A stretch of 64,000 bases of DNA from Adineta vaga. Lineage: Eukaryota > Animalia > Rotifera. Location: NCBI GenBank assembly GCA_021613535.1, contig CP075494.1:16306001-16370000 (forward strand), read 5' to 3'. Made by a program: the position numbers and the translations under genes. The notes beneath the pieces are model-generated. The model did not search any database and was not told where the DNA came from. It worked only from the letters and a program-made list of their open reading frames with translations. This document shows, piece after piece, positions 51,522 through 62,695 of this stretch; position 1 is the first letter of the stretch, and each line of letters opens with the position of its first letter.

Positions 51522-51926
51522 ACAAGAATCTTGTCAGAATATGCAAGATTATGTTTTCTTTTGCGATAAAAAGAATCAAACAAGAACTTCAAGAAAAACA
51601 CGAATCTTGTAAGAATTAAGGCACGATCGTCGATTTGTGTGATCATATGTTGCATTCTTTTCTTCTGACTTTGTTTTATTCGAAGAATTTTAGTCCACTG
51701 AAACTCTTCATTTGATTTCTGTACATACGCTTTTATCATTGAGTTTGTGTCGTGACATTCAATTTAAAATTACCTTATTAAAAACAGTATTTTGACTATG
51801 AAAATTTGTAGTTAGTTGTCTCAAAATATCGGTGTAAACTTCTGAAACCTGCATGAGATGCCTACTTATAATTATAATATAAATGGACCTTCCACAGTCA
51901 TATATAACTTATAAAATAAATAGATA

Positions 51927-52130
51927 TTCATTATAGGAATAGATTTAGATTTAGATTTAGATTCAGTTATACATAGGTACCCATGTTAATTCATAGGAAT
52001 AGATTTAGATTTAGATTTACTTATACATGGGTACCTATGTATAACTGAATCTAAATCTAAATCTAAATCTATTCCTATGAATTAATATGGGTACCTACGT
52101 ATAAGTAAAACTAAAACTAAATCTATTCCT
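51927..52130. repeat. Nested palindrome of (ATTTAG)n / GGTACC units
   Basis: Two direct copies of ATAGGAATAG(ATTTAG)n..TTATACATRGGTACC followed by two inverted copies. Confidence 0.85.
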
Positions 52131-52532
52131 GTCTGTATTTATGTGTCGTATGGGTATGTTTCTGCATTTATATTATAAGTCGAATTAGACAGCTACTCGA
52201 AACCTGAGAAACGAGTTTAGATTGGCAGTGGTACAGCGGTTAGCGCGATAGATTAGTCATTGTTCGCATAATATACAGTGCAATAACTGTTATATTAAAA
52301 GCCAGCAGCGTCACATATTCAGCACTTTGGAGACACCTCCTTATCTCTCTCAGGAGACGAGCTAGTCTTCGGTGGAAGATGCAACATTTTGTGCAGGGTT
52401 TGCGCATATTGAAGAGTGAGGGTGCATTCCCAATCTGCGGGGTATGTGACAACACTCTATTTTCTTCATTAATCTTTCTTTTAAATTTCAAATGAGAAAA
52501 CAATGCGTTAGTTACTTTGAAAAATACTTTTG

Positions 52533-53949
52533 TTAATTAAATGAAAAATCAAAACTCGTTTCAGTACTACTACCATTTCCAAATTGTCGAAGCCAAAATG
52601 AAATTCTGTAAACTTCATTTATAACACTAGGAAATGATTGAGTGGCAAAACTAACTGCTCCATTACCATAACAATTTACTTGCAAACAACTAGCATTTGC
52701 TGATAGACAACTACTTCCAGATGTGATTTGTGTACCAGTACCATTACATGTACTATTACACCAGACTTCCCAACCAATTAATGGTATAGTTACGTTTTCG
52801 AAACCAGAATTTTCGAGTAATTCAATTGATGGAGAATTTATATTTACAACAGACACATTGTCTAGAAAGTAGAAACGAGTTGGATCTGTTACAAATATAA
52901 ACGTTGCTCGCATTGATGTTGCTGCAGCTGTGTATATTGAACTAAACTGAATCCAATTTGTTGGAACAGCTCCATTTAAAAGTGATGATGCTCTTAAGCT
53001 TACACATATGGATGCTAAAATGATCAGAATAAAGACAATAGTATAGAAATATTTCAGAATACTGACTTGTGGTGGAGGTGGTCGTTGAAGTTGTAGTCGA
53101 TGTTGATGTTGATGAAGTCGATGATGAAGTTGACGATGATGTCGATGAGGTTGATGATGATGTTGACAAAGTTGATGTTGACGAGGTTGTTGTTGTTGAT
53201 GAAGTCGATGAAGTTGACGATGTTGATGTTGATGATGATGTTGAAGAAGTTGATGTTGTTGAAGTCGATGAAGTTGACGATGTTGATGTTGATGATGATG
53301 TTGAAGAAGTTGATGTTGTTGAAGTCGATGAAGTTGACGATGTTGTTGTGGATGATGAAGTTGATGTTGTTGTTGACGATGTTGATGTCGACGAGGTCGA
53401 TGAAGTTGACGATGTCGATACAGTTGTTGTTGTTGTTGATGTCGCTAATAAAATAAATAATAAACACTTATTTGATAGGAAAGTATTTGTACGACTTTTC
53501 GGATTTGCAGTGACGAAGAGAAGGAAATAGAAAAAAATCAATACGAAACATTGAATGATTGCATTATATATAGAAATCGAAGATAAAAAAAACAAACAAA
53601 TATTGCAATACATACTAATTGTTGTTAATGATTCCCAAAATATTTTTTGAAAGAAAAATATAGTATTATTTGTTTTTGTTAATCCTATATCAGTTGAAGA
53701 ATAATTATTAATTAAACTACATGTTCTATTATTTAATATACAATTCCATCCAATTGCTTTAATCATCAAAGCATTGCATATACATTGTGTACAATCTATA
53801 TTTGATAATGATTGACTTATATTAGTTGCTATGTATGTAGTATTCGAAATTGAACCAATATGAACAGAATTAACAGTATTATAAATAATTACCAAATAAA
53901 TAAATAAACTGTTCTGAATAGAACAAAGTAATCCGTTAATAAGTTTCAT
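52533..53949 (-). CDS. Secreted mucin-stalk protein: PAN/apple-like N-domain + Ser/Thr stalk + CBM/galactose-binding-like C-domain
   Basis: Signal peptide and C..C.C...WNC...C.L exon; S/T repeat at ~53065-53445; YTAAAT....F.F......LDNVSV....ELL.N.GFE. Exon edges approximate. Confidence 0.75.
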
Positions 53950-54641
53950 TATTTATTTCAATCAAATAAAAAATAGAGAATTGCAACGATTTGATATAAT
54001 TGATTGTCTTAATGTACGCCGTATACTGACATAAAATTTCTTCTTTTAAAAACTAAAAAAGTACGATAATGGATTGCATTTATTTAAGTAGAACAACTCA
54101 CGTATAACGAGTAGAAATCTTTTCGAACAATTTTTATAGAAAAATGTCTGTAATATGAATATATCTCGTCAGTTTTCTATTCGTTAAGTAAATGAAAATC
54201 AAGATTAGTTCGATAATGTGTTATTAACGAAGAAAATAAATATACAATGTTTTAAATTCTTTCGAATTTATATCTGAAATATGAATAAAAACTTTTATTG
54301 TGGAAAAAACTCGAAATAGTAATTTATACTTTTAGTTTAATGGATCTTCTCTATGATTACACTTATATGATAGAAGTAAAATAAAAAAAAATCATTAATA
54401 AGGAACAATATCGAAAGAGGTGAGAGAAGGCATTCAGTTTATTATTTCAAGAATATAATTACTAATGTCCTTTTTTCTTCATCAAAATATTTTTCTATGT
54501 CGTGCACTCACTTGATAACAACGATTACTCGTATATTTGTTTACACTTTATAATAGTGATTTTTTTTCAGGGTTTAGTAGATATAACCAAGATACAGTAA
54601 AAACCAACCTCACCTAAACCCACACCCATTTATTTCAAAAC

Positions 54642-54912
54642 AATCATATACATTGCGAGGATGTGTGAGAGTGAAAAAGAATTGGCATATGAAATCGAGT
54701 AGTACTGGATCTTTTTAGACAGTTGAGATAAGAAGACGAATCATCACTACCAACACAATTCTTACAAATAAACAGATGATTTGGATCAATTGAATTTTTA
54801 ATTGATTATAAATATCTCGATTACCGAAAAAATTCTCTTCCCGATTCGGTCCATTGAGAGCGTGAGTATGGGCGTGTACATGAGTCTATGCTCTTAACGC
54901 ACACCCTCAAGA
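54642..54912 (+). repeat. Copy 1 of a ~270-340 bp direct duplication
   Basis: CATATGAAATCGAGTAGTACTGGATC...ATTCGGTCCATTGAG is nearly identical to 58243-58415. Confidence 0.9.
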
Positions 54913-55115
54913 TAATTGTCCTTTTACATTGAATTTATTTAATTAGTTCAAAGAGTCGAAAGATGGATTGTACTACATCAAATATTTATTTGTCACGTTT
55001 AAATGAAATATTTAAATATATACTTGAAAAGACAATATATAAAAAGAAAAAGTAATTAATTTTTTTAAATTCCCATTGCTTGAAGATTCATAGTTCGAGG
55101 AATAATCGTTGTTTC

Positions 55116-55991
55116 TCAAAATTTGAAAAATGTTTTTTTTAAATCTGGGAGAAAAAATAATGAAACTATTGGAAGACTAATTCCCAATAAAGCAGGAAGA
55201 AAAAGAAAATATTTTACTTGTAAATCAATTGATATTGATGATAATGTATACATATAAATTATATTATTAATCGCTGCAGGATACCAAGTAATCATAAAGA
55301 AAAAAGCAATTAATATAAGATATATTGTTAATTTCCATTTTCGATGCCAATCTCTTTTTTGATTTCGTTTTTGCCATAATACTCGAATTATTAGAGTCAT
55401 ATTTGCTATAGTTATAATCATTAATGGTACTAATGTATGCATTACAAAATCATATAATGTTATTATAGATTCACTATATGCAAAACAAGGTTGAAGACAT
55501 AATACATAATTATAATCCCAATAATTTTCACATGAATTTAAAAAAATGACAATAAAATAAAATATATATGGATAAAGAATTACGCATAACATTGGTAATA
55601 TATGAAATAATAATCGTTTTCGTCTTGTTGACATAAGATGATTATGAAATATAAGTAAATGTCGTTCAATTGAACCCCAAGCTGCACTCCAAACAAAAGC
55701 TGCACTTAATGAATAGACCCACCAATTCCACCATAAACAGAAACTTGGTGTTGAAGGAATAACTCTTCTATAACGATAATAAATTAAAGCAAATGGATAA
55801 TCAGTAATCATATCCATAAAACAGAATATTACTAAAATAAGAGTTAAATGTTGATGAATTAATATTTTTCTTCGTTGTTGATAAAAATAAATCAAAATCA
55901 AAATTGAACAAATAATCGATATAATAGAAAAAATAAGTATAATCAGAAATTTAATTTGAAGAATTCGTGACATTTCATCATTTTCTGTCAT
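55116..55991 (-). CDS. Orphan class-A-like 7TM GPCR
   Basis: Seven hydrophobic segments. FCLWWNW, SIERHLL, IANMTLIIRV motifs. Intronless. Confidence 0.88.
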   Translation of the reverse strand: MTENDEMSRILQIKFLIILIFSIISIICSILILIYFYQQRRKILIHQHLTLILVIFCFMDMITDYPFALIYYRYRRVIPSTPSFCLWWNWWVYSLSAAFVWSAAWGSIERHLLIFHNHLMSTRRKRLLFHILPMLCVILYPYIFYFIVIFLNSCENYWDYNYVLCLQPCFAYSESIITLYDFVMHTLVPLMIITIANMTLIIRVLWQKRNQKRDWHRKWKLTIYLILIAFFFMITWYPAAINNIIYMYTLSSISIDLQVKYFLFLPALLGISLPIVSLFFLPDLKKTFFKF

Positions 55992-58120
55992 TATGTCAAT
56001 TTAAAACTAACATGATTTACCACCTTTTTATAAGAGTATTTATCAGACAAATATAATGAACAAAGATAAAAGTACTTTTTATTTTTATCTTCAAATGACG
56101 TACTTTCAAATTAGAATTATTTCATTATTTATTGAATATATAATAAATGATAATAACTTAGTAAGAATGTTTATATGAAAAAAGGTCAAAGTTAGTCTTC
56201 AGATAAATATACTAGATTTGTGTATCAATGTTTTAAGGATTCTAATAATGCTTTGAAAAAAGGATTAGCGAGTTCAAAGAATGAAATCCTTTTATCACCT
56301 GTTCCAGCTATAGAAGCTAACATCAACAAATAAACAAGCACAGGATGAAAAAGAAACTACGCATTGCATTAACAACTGTATTAAGATTTAACATTCAACT
56401 AAACATCGAAAACGATTAGGTTCTTCACCAACGATACGATTATTTCAAGAATCGACAATCAATAAATATTTTTTAATATCTAATACAATTCCATTTGTCA
56501 TGGCAGTTTTTTCTTCGAATAGAAGTAACTGAATTCGATGATTCGCCATATCAGCCACAAAATACTAGAATACAGACATTTCTTCTTACCGCTCATTCGA
56601 ATTGATATTCTAACGAGGATTTTCTTTTCAACGATCAAAAAATTAGTTTCAGCAAACTTTATTTGGATAATCTACCACATATTGATTAAGAAAATTTCTT
56701 CTTCAGTATTAAAGATACTTCAATTCTTTCTTTCCTATACCATATTATTATCTTCTGGTCATACTTCATCGAAAGAATTTGTATATTTGACACCTTTAAA
56801 TAATATATGTACATTATTAACCGAAACTTGAAACAGACTCAAGAAATATGTGAATAGTTTAACTTCTTATGATTTTTTCACAGTTTTTCTACGTTGGCAA
56901 TTGTCAAACACTAATGCCCAAGATCATACCAAATAGCGAAGACAATACCTGAGAAATGGATTATTATTGAAAATATACTTAGCGCAGAAAAATATCTTCA
57001 CGATTTGGCTGCATTATGTCTTAAAAAACTAATGAAAAAGAATACAGATTATGTTCACCTAAGTTCTATATCGAGAAACTTGGATGCAGGTGGCCAAAAA
57101 CAGATGTGAAACTGTTCACTTAGCATTATATCCAGACAGGACCTATGAGAATAGTCATTATAAGAGAATGGGAGACTATATAGGCTCTGAAATTGCCAAT
57201 GTCACTGCGGTTTTCCAAAATAGTAAAGAATCTTCACCCTTCTGAAAAAATTTTGACTGATTGTTTTTGACTTCTCACTCTTTTAGTTTAGAGTCAGAGA
57301 AAACAATATGTGAACTGTATGGTTTGATAGAGTAAACGATATTCTATCTAGCTGTTTTAAAAAAGAGAAATTTTAGTGTCTTAAATAAATACAGTATACT
57401 ATACGAAACTATTGAAAGTAACGTAATCAACCTGTACACATTTACATTATATACATGGAAATAAAGAAAACTGGTATTATTTCATAATATTGAGTTCATG
57501 TAAGTATACTGGGGATGATTATTTGTGAGAAAAACTATAAATTAATGTTTTTTATTTGCCTAACAAATTCATAATAAATCATTTTTATGTAGATTGCTAT
57601 TGAACAGAGTTCAAGTTGAAGAATTGATAAACAAAATAGATGTTATCTGCTGTCACTATTTCCATAAAAATGATGAAAATCACTACATAAAAGAATCGAT
57701 ATTTATGTAACAATCAATAATTTTTCATTCTTACATCACATATATCATTGATTTGTCTTCATAGAACATCATTAACACTTGATACAACACATGAAGTTAA
57801 ACAAAGAGCCTAAACATTTTTTAGAATTGAATGATTTGAATTGCATTCACAATAGAAAAACTTACGCTGGCACTAAGTATGTTGTACATGCGAACTTTCT
57901 CCACCCGCCGAACGATATATTCACACACAATGAGCTGTCATCATAAAATAATATCATCTATCGACTGATTCATACTCGACTAAAGAGTATTGAAGAAGAA
58001 TGAAAAGAATCGAGAACAGATGTCATAAAATCTCATAAGAATGCGCCAAGAGAGAACACATCATTTTTGTAAATCAATAGTGAAGACATTGATACGATGA
58101 TTGTACGTTTATTTCAAAAC

Positions 58121-58460
58121 GATCATATATATTGCGAGGATGTACGAGAGTGAAAAGTAAGAATATGATTTCGCCCTCACATTTACCCTCAAGATCAAAA
58201 AAATGCTTGAAATAATTTGATTAGAGAAAGAACAAGCATTGTCATATGAAATCGAGTAGTACTGGATCTTTTTGGACAGTTGAGGTCAGTAGACGAATCA
58301 TCACTACCAACACAATTCTTACAAATAAACAGATGATTTGAATCAACTGAATTTTTAATTGATTATAAATATCTCGATTACCGAAAAAATTCTCGTCCCA
58401 ATTCGGTCCATTGAGGGTGTGGGTGTACATAAGTCTATGCTCTAAATCCACACCCACCCT
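58121..58460 (+). repeat. Copy 2 of the direct duplication
   Basis: Matches 54642-54912, with a more complete left hairpin (58133-58194). Confidence 0.9.
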
Positions 58461-59116
58461 TGTTGTTCTTCAACGACAGAACGAAGAAGTGACAAATAAT
58501 CAACTGAGGGATATGTTTTTTCATCTACTTCTATTCATTTCCTTTGTTATATTTATCTACAATAGAATTTATAACCCAGAACATATATTATACTATTAAT
58601 ATTTTTCTTCATAAATCAGTGTGCATTTCAATGTTCTTTGTCTTTGATAGATACACATAAAAAATAAAATGCATATGAACGATATCGGAATTATTTCGAT
58701 GTAAATATTAAGAAATTACAAAAATCTCACTACATGTTTCATCAATAATAATTCAAAATGAAATATAAAATATTATTATCAATCATCATCTTGAGGGTGG
58801 ATATAAATTCATTTCACACTCACATCACTTCTTCGATTCTTTTATGTATTCTCTTCATCGCGTCTTCTTCTTCTTTTTTCTCTGATTTTTATATATCTAT
58901 CATCAACTTCATCGTGGCAATGTTATCTACTTCTAATTGAATATTTTGTCGCTTATTGTAACATAAACAGAAACATTTATTATTTTTATTCTCCTATCTA
59001 ATAGTTATAAAAATGTCCTTCGTAAGAGAGAACATTGATTCCATTTTCTGTTAAAATTTTGTTTATATTTTTGAATTTGATGATTACATATATCAGCTAT
59101 ACAGATTTGACCTAAA

Positions 59117-59400
59117 TCTATATATATATAAAAGAAAGTTTGTCTGTTTGTTCGCTATGCAATGAAACTTTTCAGAGATGGTCTCTGCATCCAGACGAAG
59201 GTCGACGTCTACTTTGTTCTGAAAGAAAAATGAATCCTACGCTTGCTACAGGCAATTTATGAAACTGACCAATTGATGTGAGGATCTTTTGATACACGAC
59301 GGTTAAATATCAACGGAGAGGTCCGGTGGGTGATGCGAAAAGCACTCTTGAAGATGGAAAACGTAAATTATGTCTCCTTTGCAGCGGGTATCTTCGCTAG
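59117..59400 (+). mobile_element. Non-autonomous Helitron
   Basis: 5' TCTATATATATAT..AAAGTTTGTCTGTTTGTTCG, 3' GC-rich remnant then CTAG. Inserted between A and T. Confidence 0.8.
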
Positions 59401-59443
59401 TATTTCATATTTTAATTCCGTAGTGGTTATACAGAAAGCTTTA

Positions 59444-59773
59444 TTACAAAAGATTATATTTAGTCATGGCATCAAGCCAGAAAAGATTCCTATTTTCGTT
59501 GAAATATTTCTTCAGTATCTGAATAATTTCGTCTGAATCAATAGTGTTCATTTTAACCATTTCAATTAACTTTTTCGAGTCGTTCTTCTCCATGAGTTTC
59601 ATTGTCTCATCTAGCTGAAGACAGCCATAACCGTCAAACGAGATACGTAGGAGTCGAATTTGATCGTCGATTATTGCAAAATCGAGAAAAACAGAACAAT
59701 TGTCATAATGCATTTGAAAATCGCATGGTCGAAATTTTGGTTCTACCAACACTAATTTCTTCTTGTCTTCCAT
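59444..59773 (-). CDS. 109-aa intronless protein resembling an uncharacterised bacterial family (RISFDGYGC motif)
   Basis: Motif SVF.DF.......L.RISFDGYGC...IL..YF..N....W.DA...Y.LL. ATG at 59773. Family resemblance is from memory. Confidence 0.7.
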   Translation of the reverse strand: MEDKKKLVLVEPKFRPCDFQMHYDNCSVFLDFAIIDDQIRLLRISFDGYGCLQLDETMKLMEKNDSKKLIEMVKMNTIDSDEIIQILKKYFNENRNLFWLDAMTKYNLL

Positions 59774-60456
59774 TTTGACGTCAATTTTATTACTTGACTG
59801 TGTCGTGACTGTTGATGAATGGATAAAGTAATAGTATCTAAACGGCAACAAAATACTATCTACTAACATGCACTAGTGTCTTGTATTCTAATCAGACTAG
59901 GAAATAGTCGCCGAAAAATGTTGGAACTACTTAGAATAATTTGGGTTGCGTTTAATAACGTAATATATTTCCTATAGACTCAAAGGCTAGAGTGAACTGA
60001 AACGGGATTGGATGAGTGTTACTTATTTCTTTGCTTTCGATTTTCGATCAGTTTTCCTGCATTCATTCATTCATTTTTATAAAACGTGTGGCGTTACAAC
60101 TTCGAAGACATTCTCATCTATGGATTTTTCTTTCTTCTTTTAAACACACTTAGAGGAAAAAATGCCGACTGCTGAGAGCGCAAACGAAACAAAAAAAATG
60201 AAAAAAAAACACAACACAAAATGGGTGATATGCGCAAACAGACACACTTATCTGAGAGCTATGTGAAGGTATATATGGGATGCCTGTAACACATGCGTAG
60301 ACTGACGAGCACAGCAACTTGAATTTTTCTTTCAGTTAGATGACGTCACTCGAAAAAAAGGAGGAAAGTATGTGTTTTTTCTCCATATGTCACAGAACGG
60401 AACATGATTGTATAACATATTTCGTTTATATGACGTAACAGAGGAGTACACGGTGA

Positions 60457-60675
60457 TTGGAACATCACAAAGCGCCGCTGTGTATTGAAAATTTGCCTCT
60501 CGAAGTGTGGCTTATCATTTTCTTGTTTATTGAAGCGTCCGACTTGCAAAGAGCATTTTCGCATTTTAATTCCTTTATCACAGGTATACTTCGTTTGTCT
60601 CATTTTCGTTTTTGCTTGAACGAAAAAAACCCTTTACACTGGAATATTAAAATTACCGCGATTAAGATTGTGTGA
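60457..60675 (+). pseudogene. F-box fragment
   Basis: IENLPLEVWLIIF.F....DL..AF...N. No ATG start and no intact continuation seen. Confidence 0.55.
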
Positions 60676-61242
60676 GCTTCATCTAGCATGACATTGCCAT
60701 CACATACGTAAATGCCATCCGAATTTGCCAATAAGTAGCTCTATAGGACACTATACGCATGTATCGCATCTGATGAGTTTTACCATCTACTTAAGTGCAT
60801 ACCTTCACTACAACAGCAGCGATAGCGGTGATCTTTCATTACCTCCGTTAACGAAAACCCCATGTGTATGGTTGGCCAGGCGATATATCTGTTGGAAACG
60901 TCTCGCTCAAGCAGCACCAAAACACCATCTATTTTCGTTTTCATATCGAACCGGATCGCGATCATTTTACTAGAGAATTCTTGAAAACATACGGTTTTAC
61001 TAGTCATTAATAAATATTCATCGAGGATTTGGTGTGAAATGTAAGTGAGGATGTCGTCATTCAAATGTATCTGATTGAGATTCTTGAACTATGTATGATC
61101 AAGGATATATACACGTTTTCTTTTGCTTTCAAGAGCATGATCTCCTTCTGTCTTCTTTCTAATCGCGAATAAAGTCATCACAGATTTTAAAAAAGCAAAA
61201 GAAACATGAAAATGATGGGAAAGAAAAAAAAGTAGAATTTCT

Positions 61243-61650
61243 TTAAATAGTAAGCTGCTCGGGCTTTAATAATCCGGCCGCTGTCATTTTTGTAACATAG
61301 TCTTGAATGGCATGTTCTATTGCTCCTGCTCGGCTTTTCCGTCCTGCACTATCTCCCTTAATGGTTGAACTAAGTGATGGACACCAAAATTTGAGATCCC
61401 ATCTCCAAAAAAATGGATACGGGGGACCCTTCATTTTTAAATTGCATGTTGTTCCAAACGCTTGTTTTGTATCGGTATCATTCCATGATTCGTAATGCTT
61501 ATAGATAGCTGTACCTACTGCAATACCACATGCATTCCAATTATATGCTTGACACGCACTCAAATCGACATTGAGACAGTTAACTTTATGATAAAAATTT
61601 GCATTAAACAAGATAAAAACCACTGCTAAGATATATGTGATGATGTTCAT
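61243..61650 (-). CDS. Anti-lipopolysaccharide factor (ALF/scygonadin-family)-like secreted peptide
   Basis: Signal peptide, then W......FG..C-(20 aa)-C ending in WCP, then I.G....KSR.G...HA..D(Y/F)V.K....GLL. TATAAATA at ~61703-61710. Confidence 0.85.
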   Translation of the reverse strand: MNIITYILAVVFILFNANFYHKVNCLNVDLSACQAYNWNACGIAVGTAIYKHYESWNDTDTKQAFGTTCNLKMKGPPYPFFWRWDLKFWCPSLSSTIKGDSAGRKSRAGAIEHAIQDYVTKMTAAGLLKPEQLTI

Positions 61651-62695
61651 CGTGTATAGCACCTTATTTTGATGTCGAGAACAAAATGAAATTTCTTAAC
61701 TCTATTTATATAGTGGTAGTTCACATCATCAGATATTTCGACTACTCATTACCATCAAACTATTTACAGAAGAATCCGAAAGAAGTAATAAATTAATATA
61801 CATTTTATTCGCATTTCTTCTTTATATTCTCATTTTCTTGTTATGAATATATGATTTGCCAAGTACTACTTGATTTTCTCTGCACATATGGCAAGGAGTA
61901 CTAAAGAGCGTCATATGAAAGCACATCACTTTATCTAAGAAATAAAATATTTGCATTAATTTTCATAAGTTATTCATGCAGTATCCATCGGCGTGCCAGC
62001 TAGAGAGCGAGAGGATGCAATTGCCCCTCTGAAAAAATCTTCACAGGACAATAAAAAATTTATTATTTCTAACATTAAAAATATTTTCTGCACCAGTTAT
62101 GACTTCATATATAATAGTATAGAACCATTTTGTGAAACACGATCTACGAGAGATTGTTAAAGTGTATAAGGAGAAAAACTCTTTCTCAATGAATTAATTT
62201 TTATGAAATGTTCAAATAATAAATCGATTTTAATTTTGTTAATCGAGTGGAAAAAGAAAGTGCGATGAATGTTTGGTAAATTGAGAAATACAACAAAATG
62301 ATTTTAGAATATTCAAAAAAGATGTTGTTATATACTCAATATGATATTATAAGGATTTAATACAGATATTTCACAAAATCAGTTCAACTGTGCATAGTTA
62401 TTGATTGAACGAATTTGATATTTGTATCAATTTATTTCAAAGCAAAAGTTTACCATCGTGTGCGTAGCGTATGATAGCGATACGTCTCTACGTGTCGTTA
62501 TCATATGTTTTTCTACATCGAAGTGTCTGATTCAATACTCTGATTGATCTTGAAGGTATGAGTGAGGGTGGGTGAGGTTGGTGTGAAAGAAGAGATACAC
62601 CCACACCCTCATAAACAAAGGCAAAAGATATGCTTTGACATACGTAACAAAACTTTTATCATTTAGGTCATTATAAAATAGAAAAAAAAACCTTT

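Larger units (their letters stand above)
1535..62612. repeat. Dispersed family of short hairpin elements with telomere-like arms (TCTTGAGGGTGTGGGTG...CACCCACACCCTCAAGA), about 25 full or partial copies
   Basis: Copies at ~1535-1580, 1724-1768, 2050-2069, 2371-2570, 6571-6625, 12261-12300, 13015-13112, 14095-14200, 18024-18085, 18364-18390, 20498-20520, 26669-26722, 29610-29780, 31936-31990, 32723-32765, 32890-32933, 36058-36114, 37760-37812, 47262-47290, 47592-47645, 54855-54912, 58133-58194, 58411-58460, 58789-58830, 62549-62612. Confidence 0.85.

Noticed and set aside
53069-53530. + strand V/D/E-rich and M/L/K-rich ORFs
   Set aside because: Antisense shadows of the Ser/Thr stalk on the - strand.
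56270-57270. Coding-like composition on the + strand
   Set aside because: Many stops and no recognisable motif. Possibly a decayed gene, but it cannot be assigned.
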